Below, one piece after another: positions 1 to 9,032 of a stretch of 64,000 bases of DNA (its first letter is position 1; every line of letters begins with the position of its first letter). The stretch lies in the IMG/VR virus record IMGVR_UViG_3300047548_001236, positions 218,856-282,855 of that record. The stretch is one strand, 5' to 3'. A model generated the notes under the pieces. The model made no database searches. It worked only from the letters and a program-made list of their open reading frames with translations, and had not been told where the DNA came from. A program made the position numbers and the translations under genes.

Positions 1-1
1 T

Positions 2-1456
2 AGGTTCCACCACTATGAACCATACGAGATAGATGATGCGATTGCTGGATACAAGAAGAGGTTGAGTGATAGCAACAATGATCCTACTGCCAGTGGGGTC
101 AGCTACCACCACACAACAAAAAATCTGACAGACATTAGCGAAAAGGCTAAGCTAAGTGACAAGCAATTCGATGCGATCCATTCTCTTCCTATTGGTAAAG
201 ATTACCTTAACCGACCAGAGGGCGTTCCACTCAGCCTGAGCAAAAACAAAAAGCTGACACATGAGCAGGTGGGTAAGTTGCTAGGCGCCCATGACGAGAA
301 GGTGCTTGATCATCACGAAGAGCAGCTTGCACAGAACCCTGTTGTGAAGGACGAACATATTGACGCATTGCTCAAATCACCGAGACTCAGCAAAGAAGCA
401 TTCCACTCGCTGGCCAACAATCCTAACTTGAAACAACATCACATCGACGCTCTTATCAAAGATCCAGAGACGCATGATAAGCTGGGTAGCAACCACGCGA
501 TCACTTTGACCAAGGATCATCAGGATCAGATAATAGATAGTGGCAAGTGGAAGGAAGGGTTTGCACATCGCAGTGACCTGCACCCTGATACCGTCGAGCA
601 TTTGCTGGGAAGTGGGTATGGAGCACACATCCATACGCACCTGGTCAACAACCCACATGTTGAGATGGATGATCGCCAGCTTCGTAGTTTGCATGCGCAG
701 CACAATAGAGGCGAGTCTGCAATTTCTGGAGCCATCTTCGATTCTCCAAAGACGTCTCCAGAGACGAGAGAGCATGTGTTCAATACTCATATGGATCATC
801 TTGAAAGAAGCGGTGGAGGTTCTAGCCCTGCTCTTGATACGATGATCCGTTCCAAGCATTTCACAAAAGACCACCTCGATCGAGTGCTGGATGTTGCTGA
901 CAAAACAGATAAACAACCAGGTGCAACGAACACAATGAGAATATACGCTTCGAGATATCTCAAGGCATCACCTGCTCAGCTTGATCGTCAGGTCAACGCT
1001 AGCAAGCAAGGCACCGCTCCAGTAGGTTATCTGCTTGACAATAAGAACCTGAAACCCGAACACTTGAAAACGTTGTTCAACGCTGCAGCTTCTAGCAAAA
1101 CGGAGTATGAAAAGGAAAAGGTGATGGAGCATCCATCCATCAACGGGGATGTTCTCCATCACGTGTTCGATAGTGGACATAGCTGGGATAGAACACGTGT
1201 TCTACACCACCCAAAAGTTCAAATGTCTCACTTCCAAAAAGCTATGGATGTGGGTCAATCCTTGCATGGCGCGATATCGTCTTCACCGAGTGCTCCGCCT
1301 TCGACTCTGAGTAAGCTGGCTGACTCGCCGTTCTCGTTCGTGCGTCAAAACATTGCGAGTCACAAGAACACACCTCAAGAAACCCTTGCTAACCTAGCAA
1401 ACGATTCAGCCGAAGAGGTGTCGTCCATTGCTAAGAAGCGTTTGAAGTTGAAATAA
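2..1456 (+). CDS. His-rich alpha-solenoid repeat protein with C-terminal LRV-type repeats; 5' end lies outside the window
   Basis: Frame is open from base 2 (RFHHYEPYEIDDAIAGYKKRLSDS...), so the TTG at 62 is not the true start. About 25-aa degenerate repeats (HPxxxxxHLxxxL); C-terminal SAPPSTLSKLADSPFSFVRQNIASHKNTPQETLANLAND is LRV-like. Confidence 0.7.
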   Translation, partial: RFHHYEPYEIDDAIAGYKKRLSDSNNDPTASGVSYHHTTKNLTDISEKAKLSDKQFDAIHSLPIGKDYLNRPEGVPLSLSKNKKLTHEQVGKLLGAHDEKVLDHHEEQLAQNPVVKDEHIDALLKSPRLSKEAFHSLANNPNLKQHHIDALIKDPETHDKLGSNHAITLTKDHQDQIIDSGKWKEGFAHRSDLHPDTVEHLLGSGYGAHIHTHLVNNPHVEMDDRQLRSLHAQHNRGESAISGAIFDSPKTSPETREHVFNTHMDHLERSGGGSSPALDTMIRSKHFTKDHLDRVLDVADKTDKQPGATNTMRIYASRYLKASPAQLDRQVNASKQGTAPVGYLLDNKNLKPEHLKTLFNAAASSKTEYEKEKVMEHPSINGDVLHHVFDSGHSWDRTRVLHHPKVQMSHFQKAMDVGQSLHGAISSSPSAPPSTLSKLADSPFSFVRQNIASHKNTPQETLANLANDSAEEVSSIAKKRLKLK

Positions 1457-1467
1457 GAGAGCCAAAC

Positions 1468-2442
1468 ATGGAATACGAACTCACATCTCAGAAGCTCGAC
1501 AACAACACCCATCTAGTGAAGAACAAGCACACGAACGAGCCAGTCGCCATACTGAAAAGAACTGGCGGCTACAAGCGAAATGAAGTCAAGTCGGAATGGC
1601 ACCCCGACTACAAGCTGTTGCACCCTGAGGTTCACGAAAACCTTCTGACGAGAAACTTCCACAAGCCACATGACAGCGTTTCTGATGCTGTTAGCAACAT
1701 CACATACATATCGCAAGATCACGCATTTGGTAAAAACTCGCGAATCGATCCTATCAAAACACGGTATGCCGGCGATTTTGATACCAAGACACCTTATGGC
1801 CAAGATACGAAAGGGCATAAGTGGCATGTGTTGGACGATGACGGGAAACACGTCGCTTCTATAACGTCATTCCACGGACCAAACCAAATTCACCGCGAGT
1901 CTCCTGTAAGTGTCGGTTGGGTCAAATCGTTCAACGATAGCGTTCCCGATAGTGTCAAAGAAGCGGCAAATTCAAAGCACGGAGGTCAGACTCTTTATGC
2001 GACGATGAACCGTATTCGTTACATGATGGACAACAAGGGTAAAGAGCCTCGCTTTGTCGGTACGCATGTCGACCCTGCGTCTAAGACTAAGATGTTCAAA
2101 ACGAATCTACCACCAGAAGAAGCGTCGAAGGCGTATGAAGAGCATCTAGCAAAGAGGCTAGGAAACGGCTACACGTTTACACGTCACGGACCCACGCTGT
2201 TTACAGCAGAGAAGCCAGCGCAAGGAAGGTACGATAGAACTTACCAACACCACGTTATAGCTATGCCTGGTCAGCTTCATCATATCGAGTCTTCGCTCCA
2301 TCACCCAGACTACGATACAACGACCAACAAGAACAAGGAAGTTGTTGAGTCGTATATGCTGAATCCTAATAAGAGACCTTACCCGTTGACGCTCGAAGAG
2401 CATCTCAAGGCACAACGTTTCCTCCTTAAAAAGGCTAGATAA
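1468..2442 (+). CDS. His-rich hypothetical protein, 324 aa
   Basis: Long ORF tightly packed between neighbours (11-nt gap upstream, abutting downstream); no recognisable motif. Confidence 0.75.
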   Translation: MEYELTSQKLDNNTHLVKNKHTNEPVAILKRTGGYKRNEVKSEWHPDYKLLHPEVHENLLTRNFHKPHDSVSDAVSNITYISQDHAFGKNSRIDPIKTRYAGDFDTKTPYGQDTKGHKWHVLDDDGKHVASITSFHGPNQIHRESPVSVGWVKSFNDSVPDSVKEAANSKHGGQTLYATMNRIRYMMDNKGKEPRFVGTHVDPASKTKMFKTNLPPEEASKAYEEHLAKRLGNGYTFTRHGPTLFTAEKPAQGRYDRTYQHHVIAMPGQLHHIESSLHHPDYDTTTNKNKEVVESYMLNPNKRPYPLTLEEHLKAQRFLLKKAR

Positions 2443-4536
2443 ATGCGCAGCTTCAAATCGTATCTGATAGAGTATATAACCGACAGCCAACGTGAACGTT
2501 ACAAAAACGTCCACATGACCGACAAAGCTCGTGCCGATACCGATGAATTTTTCGGTGTCGGTAACGACAAGGTTCACGGCGAAATCGAACACGGTGAAAA
2601 GTCCGAGATACATAAGCAACTCGAGAACCATCTCGGGCGAGAGGTATCTCATGAAGAATACAACAAGGGAACCGTGAAAGACAAACACAACCGTGATGTG
2701 AAGATCGGACGTTTGATCAAGGACAATGACCTACGTATTCAGTTTGACAAGGACCCATCTCGTCAGATTGCAAAAGCACCCACTCTGAAAACAACGACCG
2801 TTCGCGGTGTTGAGGTTGCAGGGCAGACAAACCCTGTACCCAATGCTGAACATCCTGAGGGACATTCGTGGAAGGGTTATAGCTGTAAGAACATTGAGTC
2901 AGGAATCAATAGGCGTTATCTCGAGCCAGAAATCAAGCACGGGACTGTTGTTCACTATGTACATGATCACAACGGCCAAGAAATATATCGAGCAACGCTT
3001 CACCCGCACCATAACGAACATGGTGATGTTGCATATGGCTTGGATGCTGAGTATGGTATCAAACACCCGAAGTTCACAGCTGATGCCCAGCGCGTCGCGA
3101 AGGAGCTCTCTGGTGAATATAAGCCAGGAACGTTCTGGAAGCACCCGGAAGTATACAACGACAACGGCAAGAGTAATATGTTCCACCCTGGCATATCCGA
3201 AGGGCATATTTCAGATATCTTAACACACGGTTCAACCAGTGACAAACATGATATCATGATGCACCCTGCTTTCACAAGCGATCACGTGTCCAAGGTTCTG
3301 AAATACGAACCAAATGGAGCACTGAGAGGACACGCTTTATTGAGAAGCGATCTTGTGACACCAGAACACATCACGACAGCTTTGAACGATCCCGACGACC
3401 ACGTTAAGCGTATGGCTCTACACAACGGGTCCAAAATTACAGCGGATCATGTTAAACGAGCTCTTGAGCCTGACATGCCAGCGGACATTCGCCGTCATAT
3501 GGCTAAAAACCGCCATGCAACACCTGAATTGCTTTCACAAGTTATCAAGCACGATCCGAACTCGGAAGTTGTGCAAACGGCTGTAATGAACAAGAATGCT
3601 ACCCCAGAACATATAACTCAGGCTTTACAACATCCTGACGTTTACGTGAGACAAGCGGCATTGACGCGTTCTGACCTCGTCAATGACAGCCATCTGCACA
3701 CCGCTGTCCGTGACTCCAGTCCTCGTATCACAACACATGCAGCTTTTCATCACAAAGCTAAACCAGAACATCTCGACTACATTATGGATCATGGACATAA
3801 CAACGCACTCGAAGCTATGTTCCACCGTGAAAGCAACGCAACGTCTGAACACATTGGCAAAGCTCTTCGTAGCACCGATCCAAGATTCACGACAACTATA
3901 AAAGAGTTCGCTGCATCACATCCCAACGCATCTTCGGAAAATATCATGGATGCGTTGAAACTAAACAACCCACGCATCACCTATGATGTGATCGATAATC
4001 ACGATAATCTCAGCAAAGAGCATATGGATCACATAGTGAAGCATACGCCTGATGATGACGATATGATATCCGCAATATCTCGTCACCCATCGTTGCGTGC
4101 CGAGCACATTACGCATCTTCTCGATAGACCGGGCATATCAAAGAACATATTCGCAAGTCGTATATACAAACAGCTAGCCAACCACCGGAATCTCGCTCCG
4201 GAACATATGGAGAGACTGGCCAAGCACGACAACTGGAATGTTCGAAATATCATTGCCAATCGTCACGATGCTCCTGCTCATGTTCTCTCACATATCGTCA
4301 GACACGATCCAGAAGAAGCAAACAGATATGATGCTATCATGAACGACAACACTCATCCGGACGATCTGGAGCATGCTGTCAAACATGATGAAAGCGTATT
4401 CAATAAGGAAGCTGCACTGCGCAACTTCAATACGCCGGTACATGCAATCAAGCACGTTTTGGATACATATAAGACAGGCGATCTGAGAAAACAAGCCATT
4501 AGCTCTCTGCGTCAAAGAGGAATACAAGCCGAATGA
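2443..4536 (+). CDS. Putative capsid-targeted internal virion protein: conserved N-domain plus HEAT/LRV-like repeats (paralogue A)
   Basis: N-terminus MRSFKSYLIE resembles the T4 capsid-targeting leader. First ~245 aa closely match the next ORF, followed by ~24-aa repeats such as ATPEHITQAL. Confidence 0.7.
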   Translation: MRSFKSYLIEYITDSQRERYKNVHMTDKARADTDEFFGVGNDKVHGEIEHGEKSEIHKQLENHLGREVSHEEYNKGTVKDKHNRDVKIGRLIKDNDLRIQFDKDPSRQIAKAPTLKTTTVRGVEVAGQTNPVPNAEHPEGHSWKGYSCKNIESGINRRYLEPEIKHGTVVHYVHDHNGQEIYRATLHPHHNEHGDVAYGLDAEYGIKHPKFTADAQRVAKELSGEYKPGTFWKHPEVYNDNGKSNMFHPGISEGHISDILTHGSTSDKHDIMMHPAFTSDHVSKVLKYEPNGALRGHALLRSDLVTPEHITTALNDPDDHVKRMALHNGSKITADHVKRALEPDMPADIRRHMAKNRHATPELLSQVIKHDPNSEVVQTAVMNKNATPEHITQALQHPDVYVRQAALTRSDLVNDSHLHTAVRDSSPRITTHAAFHHKAKPEHLDYIMDHGHNNALEAMFHRESNATSEHIGKALRSTDPRFTTTIKEFAASHPNASSENIMDALKLNNPRITYDVIDNHDNLSKEHMDHIVKHTPDDDDMISAISRHPSLRAEHITHLLDRPGISKNIFASRIYKQLANHRNLAPEHMERLAKHDNWNVRNIIANRHDAPAHVLSHIVRHDPEEANRYDAIMNDNTHPDDLEHAVKHDESVFNKEAALRNFNTPVHAIKHVLDTYKTGDLRKQAISSLRQRGIQAE

Positions 4537-6464
4537 TAAAGTTCAAATCGTTTTTGTTGGAATATCTAACAGACAAGCAAAGGGAACGGTATAAAGACGT
4601 TCGCATGACCGATAAGGCTCGCGCTGACACGGACCATTTCTTTGGAGCTGGGAATGACAAGATACACGGCGAGATCGAGCATGACGACAAGTCAGAAATT
4701 CATCACCAGCTCGAAGCCCATCTAGGCCAGCCTATTTCTCACGAGGATTACAAAAAAGGAACGACTCTCGATCGTCACGGTCGAGAAGTGAAGATTGGCC
4801 GTCTGATTAAGGATAACGACCTTCGCAATCAGTTTGACCAAGATCCATCACGTAAGATAGCCAAAACGTCAACGCTCAAAACCACAACGGTACGTGGTAC
4901 GGAAGTAGCTGGCCAGACAAATCCTGAGCCAAACGCAGAGCATCCAAACGGCCACTCGTGGCACGACATAAGCTGTAAAAACGTTGAGAATGGCATAAAC
5001 AAGCATTATCTTGATAAAGAGATCCAACACGGCACCGTTGTCCATTTTGTTCACGACCACAACGGGCAGGAAATCTACCGAGCAACATTACACCCACATC
5101 ACAACGATGAGGGTCATACCATCTACTCCGTCGATGCGGAATATGGTATAAAACACCCCAACTTCACACAGGATGCTCATCGTGTCGCGAGCCAGCTTTC
5201 TGGCGAGTATAAAAGGGGAACATTTGTCAAAAACCGCAATGTGTATAACGACAATGGAATGAGGTATGCTCTTCACCCAGCAGCACCTGGAGCTGAGGTT
5301 GATAAAGAAACCCACGAAGAACTCGCAAAACCGTACGAAAAGCAGAGTGCTGAGAAGCTGAGAGTGCTGCTAACACATCCAAATATTTCAGGCGAAACGT
5401 TGTCACACGTTCTACACACTACTCAGGAGACGCCTGCAGACGTATGGGGTCTTGCAGCTAAACACCCAAATCTGAAAGGTGAACACCTAGAAAAAGCGTT
5501 GAACAGCACACATAGTCACACAGCGACTTCGGCTCTAAAGAATCCTAATGTTACAGCCGAACATCTGCATAAAGTGTTGGACGCTCCAGATACCAATCGT
5601 AACTGGGCTCAAAAACGAGCTGTGTTCGAATCCCCTGCTGTCAATTCGAGCCACATTGAGAAAGCTCTCAAGACCGATCCTAGCGATGATTTGTTTCATG
5701 CTGCAGCACAACATCCTAAGACAACATCTGCGCAGTTGAACGTTGTCGCTCAGCATTACCCATACATTGCTCTCCAACACAGAAACGTCAAGCCATCCAA
5801 CATCGATAAATGGTTGGATAGTGACGATGGTCGTCTACGTCAAGGAGCTGCTCTGCATAAAGCGGCTACTGATGCTAACCTCACAAAAGCTCTGTCACAG
5901 GATCCTGAAACGCGATCAGGCACTGTTTGGGCTGCTCTAGGCAACCGTAACATAAAACCACATCACATCGAACCGTTTCTGAATCACAGTAACAGAGAAC
6001 TCCGCATTGCGGCTGCTGAAAGTCCTGGAATCTCTCCTGAGCAGATTGATAAAGTTCTTGACCACGAGAAAGATCGGCATGTTTTAAGTACATTGATCCA
6101 CAGAACCAATACCAAGGTTACAGATGCACATCTACGCAAGGTTCTGAACGGTGATTATCCGATGAGAGTTAAAGAAAAGGTAGCAGAGCATCCGAACATA
6201 TCTTCTGATACGATCAACAAGGCGTTGGATTTTGCTCATCAAAACGATAATGGGAAGATGGCGCTCGACGCTCTTAGTCACGACCACGTAACCTCAGACA
6301 ACCTACACCACGCGTTGAAACTCGACAATCCTCGCATCGAGAGCGACGTCTTGTGGCATAATCAGGCTACACCAGAACACTGGGAATACGTTGCCAAGCA
6401 CAGTAAAAGCCCAGGTAACGTTGCTGTTGCCGAGCGGTTCCTGGCAAACGGTAGAAGAGGATAA
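4533..6464 (+). CDS. Putative capsid-targeted internal virion protein: conserved N-domain plus HEAT/LRV-like repeats (paralogue B)
   Basis: N-terminus MIKFKSFLLE; ATGA overlap with paralogue A; shared N-domain, divergent repeat region. Confidence 0.7.
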   Translation: MIKFKSFLLEYLTDKQRERYKDVRMTDKARADTDHFFGAGNDKIHGEIEHDDKSEIHHQLEAHLGQPISHEDYKKGTTLDRHGREVKIGRLIKDNDLRNQFDQDPSRKIAKTSTLKTTTVRGTEVAGQTNPEPNAEHPNGHSWHDISCKNVENGINKHYLDKEIQHGTVVHFVHDHNGQEIYRATLHPHHNDEGHTIYSVDAEYGIKHPNFTQDAHRVASQLSGEYKRGTFVKNRNVYNDNGMRYALHPAAPGAEVDKETHEELAKPYEKQSAEKLRVLLTHPNISGETLSHVLHTTQETPADVWGLAAKHPNLKGEHLEKALNSTHSHTATSALKNPNVTAEHLHKVLDAPDTNRNWAQKRAVFESPAVNSSHIEKALKTDPSDDLFHAAAQHPKTTSAQLNVVAQHYPYIALQHRNVKPSNIDKWLDSDDGRLRQGAALHKAATDANLTKALSQDPETRSGTVWAALGNRNIKPHHIEPFLNHSNRELRIAAAESPGISPEQIDKVLDHEKDRHVLSTLIHRTNTKVTDAHLRKVLNGDYPMRVKEKVAEHPNISSDTINKALDFAHQNDNGKMALDALSHDHVTSDNLHHALKLDNPRIESDVLWHNQATPEHWEYVAKHSKSPGNVAVAERFLANGRRG

Positions 6465-6465
6465 G

Positions 6466-6489
6466 AAAAAAGCCCCTTTCGGGGCTTTT
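6466..6489. terminator. Bidirectional intrinsic terminator
   Basis: AAAAAAGCCCC-TTTC-GGGGCTTTT between convergent genes; GC stem with a U-tract on both strands. Confidence 0.9.
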
Positions 6490-6491
6490 CC

Positions 6492-6722
6492 TTAGGGACG
6501 AGCGATTAGCGTGTCCAGCTTTGCATTGATTTGTCGCAACGCTTCTGCTGTTGCCTCTGATTCAGTACGAGAAGCTTCCATCTGCGTTGTAGCAGTTTCG
6601 AGTTTGAGAAGCACTTCATCGATCCGCGGTTGGACAGTTTGCGTTGAAAGAAGATACGCAAGACCGATTGCGGCAATCGCCATAAGCGGAAGAGTGAAGA
6701 AGACAGCTTTCAAAAATGACAT
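6492..6722 (-). CDS. Small membrane-anchored coiled-coil protein
   Basis: N-terminal hydrophobic segment then heptad-like tail; ATG at 6722 has an AAAGGA SD. Confidence 0.6.
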   Translation of the reverse strand: MSFLKAVFFTLPLMAIAAIGLAYLLSTQTVQPRIDEVLLKLETATTQMEASRTESEATAEALRQINAKLDTLIARP

Positions 6723-6740
6723 GTATTTTCCTTTCAAGTG

Positions 6741-7103
6741 TTAGCTGTAGTTAACGTGGATTTGAGCGAAGTAGTGGAAGTTACCCATCGGTTCTTTGAT
6801 TGACCGAACAACAAACTCTGGAACAAAACGACCGAACCGTTCGATGAATTGATCTTTATCAAGAATTTCGGCGCCCATTGCCATCCAACCATCAAACGTC
6901 TCGGCAAAGTCGCGAATTAAGATGTCCTCGACTTTTGTCTTTAGAACGCCTCGATTAAACACAACCCTACCATTTTCATCTCGTTGTTCCTCGAAGTGAG
7001 GCTTAACCTCATAATCTTCATCTTTTGGGTGAAGATACGTGATCAGGATGGAAATAGTTCTACCTTCACCGGTTGCTGCGTAGTCTGATACAACGAAGTG
7101 CAC
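6741..7103 (-). CDS. Hypothetical protein
   Basis: ORF in gene-dense run; GTG start at 7103 after AGGTGA SD. Confidence 0.6.
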   Translation of the reverse strand: MHFVVSDYAATGEGRTISILITYLHPKDEDYEVKPHFEEQRDENGRVVFNRGVLKTKVEDILIRDFAETFDGWMAMGAEILDKDQFIERFGRFVPEFVVRSIKEPMGNFHYFAQIHVNYS

Positions 7104-7107
7104 TTTA

Positions 7108-7380
7108 TCACCTTTTGAAATAATACACAACAGACGTTCCAGTCAGACCATTGCACGAGATAGTAACGTCTACAAATTCGAGATTGCCGTCCTCTGACGC
7201 GTGTTCGGAAGCCCATTTATATGCTTCCTCGAAAGAAGCAAACCCCTCTGTCAGGTGAGCATACGAGTAATGACGCCAATAGTCTTCGTCATACTCAGAT
7301 GGTTTTGGTGAAGGATAGAACAGGATGGGATGGTAAGTCCCACCCTGTGTATCTTCTGCGATACAGATTTTGTTAGTCAT
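7108..7380 (-). CDS. Hypothetical protein
   Basis: ATGA overlap with the ligase stop. Confidence 0.6.
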   Translation of the reverse strand: MTNKICIAEDTQGGTYHPILFYPSPKPSEYDEDYWRHYSYAHLTEGFASFEEAYKWASEHASEDGNLEFVDVTISCNGLTGTSVVYYFKR

Positions 7381-8717
7381 GCGAAGCTCATTGCCATTTG
7401 CTTGATCTCCAGAGCACGCTCGAGAGTATCGGTTTCGGTTTTGTCAGTGCGAACCTCATCAAAGCGAGGGTGAGACAGAGCATAGTGCTCACTGTCACGA
7501 CCACGGGTGATGTCATTGCAGGTGACGGCGATAATCTTGCCGATGTACCAATCACGATTGCTGTTGATCTTCTCGAGCTGTTCATCGCTGAACCCCGAGC
7601 ACGATCCCTTGATCTTGTCATCGTCGGTCTTGTATTCAATCGCACCAAACGTCTTCTCACGCTTGGTTCCGATCCGACCTTCCTTGAAGCCGGTGACACG
7701 AACGTCAATCGTCATCTCAAGCTTCATCTTCAACTGATGCTTGCTGGTGCCGTCCTTGAACACACCATCTGCATCCTTAAGAATGCCACCTTCAAGACCC
7801 TGTTCCATCCAAGCTGTGACTTTGTCGAATGCTTCCGGAATGCTGGACACCAGATGAGATTCGATCAGTTTCAATTGACGGTGTTCAACATTTGCAAGGA
7901 TTTCGCTGAGAGTCCGAAGACGCTTGGCATACTTGGTGGTGTTTTTCACCTTACGCGAAGCATCCGTATATTCTTCGGGAGTAACATAATCCCACAGATG
8001 GAACACGATCTTATCCATCGGAGGATTGTCAGAATTCAGAAGACCGTTGCTTTCCGCACGGTTCTCAGTCCCTTCAACAATCATCTCACCCATGTAGTGA
8101 CCATCAGGCAGCACGTCGATCAGATCGTTTGCAAACGTGTAGTCGTACTGCTCACCGCTACGAGACAGGAACTCGATCTTACCACCGGAGACTTGCATCT
8201 CACGATACGTCCCATCTGCCTTCAACTGAATGAAAGCAGGGAACTTGATGTCCTTTGCAGTCTTGGCAGTAAACACACCGCAACGCATGTAGACAGGTTT
8301 TGTGATCAGATCGCCGAACACTTTGTTGATCTGCGTACGGCCACAGTTAATACGCAGATCGCGATTAATCACTTTGATCAGAAGATCGCGGTCGGTAGCA
8401 TCCATCGAAAGGAACACGCGCTCCATCGCCTCGATCGCATCATTGCCAGTCACGAGACGTTCAGACAGCTTGTGCTCGAGGAAGTCGAGAGCTTGCTCGA
8501 GCGTAGTCGTTGCATTTTCCGAAACTGGGAAAGGATTGCCTCCCAGTTTCTTGTACCAATGATTCATCGTCAGATAATAACGATAGATCACCTTATCGTA
8601 GGTCATTTTCAGCACACGCTGTAGCAGAGCGTTGTCTTTGTGCTTCTTCAAAACAGCGACCTTGTGGTTCGAGCTGTTGCTGGCGTTCAGTTCCTCAACA
8701 ATATTGTGGATGCTCAT
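7377..8717 (-). CDS. lig: ATP-dependent DNA ligase (T4 gp30-like)
   Basis: Motif I QLKADG (KxDG), GEMI, EGGILK, LKMK and C-terminal LSHPRFDEVRTDK; T4-type N-terminal domain. Confidence 0.95.
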   Translation of the reverse strand: MSIHNIVEELNASNSSNHKVAVLKKHKDNALLQRVLKMTYDKVIYRYYLTMNHWYKKLGGNPFPVSENATTTLEQALDFLEHKLSERLVTGNDAIEAMERVFLSMDATDRDLLIKVINRDLRINCGRTQINKVFGDLITKPVYMRCGVFTAKTAKDIKFPAFIQLKADGTYREMQVSGGKIEFLSRSGEQYDYTFANDLIDVLPDGHYMGEMIVEGTENRAESNGLLNSDNPPMDKIVFHLWDYVTPEEYTDASRKVKNTTKYAKRLRTLSEILANVEHRQLKLIESHLVSSIPEAFDKVTAWMEQGLEGGILKDADGVFKDGTSKHQLKMKLEMTIDVRVTGFKEGRIGTKREKTFGAIEYKTDDDKIKGSCSGFSDEQLEKINSNRDWYIGKIIAVTCNDITRGRDSEHYALSHPRFDEVRTDKTETDTLERALEIKQMAMSFA

Positions 8718-8734
8718 GACGAAGGGTCTCCTGA

Positions 8735-8884
8735 TTATTCATCTTCCTCTTCGTCATACACCCACTCTTGATCCGAGTCAACGAACCCGTCATCATACAG
8801 TGCCTCGAAAATCTCATCGACCATGTGATCCTGGCCTTCGATCAACATCAAGCACCACTTTGCGTATTGTTCAGCTGTTGCCAT
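8735..8884 (-). CDS. Small acidic hypothetical protein, 49 aa (not in ORF track)
   Basis: Manual translation MATAEQYAKWCLMLIEGQDHMVDEIFEALYDDGFVDSDQEWVYDEEEDE; fills a gap. Confidence 0.55.
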   Translation of the reverse strand: MATAEQYAKWCLMLIEGQDHMVDEIFEALYDDGFVDSDQEWVYDEEEDE

Positions 8885-9032
8885 TTTTCTGTTCCTCTTC
8901 CTTCAAAACATTGATTGCCTTATCCCAATACTCCCACTGCTCAACACCGTATGAGCGAAGGATCGCTAAGAGTTCGTGCTCCTTTAGAAGCCTTTCGTAC
9001 TCTTCTCTATATATCACGACTTTATCATTCAT
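8871..9032 (-). CDS. Small hypothetical protein, 53 aa (not in ORF track)
   Basis: Manual translation MNDKVVIYREEYERLLKEHELLAILRSYGVEQWEYWDKAINVLKEEEQKNGNS; resembles small phage proteins with an L..GVDNWEGY motif. Confidence 0.6.
   Translation of the reverse strand: MNDKVVIYREEYERLLKEHELLAILRSYGVEQWEYWDKAINVLKEEEQKNGNS

Noticed and set aside
2443-5270. Diversity-generating retroelement template/variable repeat pair
   Set aside because: The two similar segments differ at all four bases, mostly synonymously, not only at adenines. Both are coding, and there is no reverse transcriptase in the window.
7398-8624. 408-aa plus-strand ORF antisense to the DNA ligase
   Set aside because: Lies wholly opposite a clear conserved gene, has no SD, promoter or motif, and is the usual shadow frame from codon bias.
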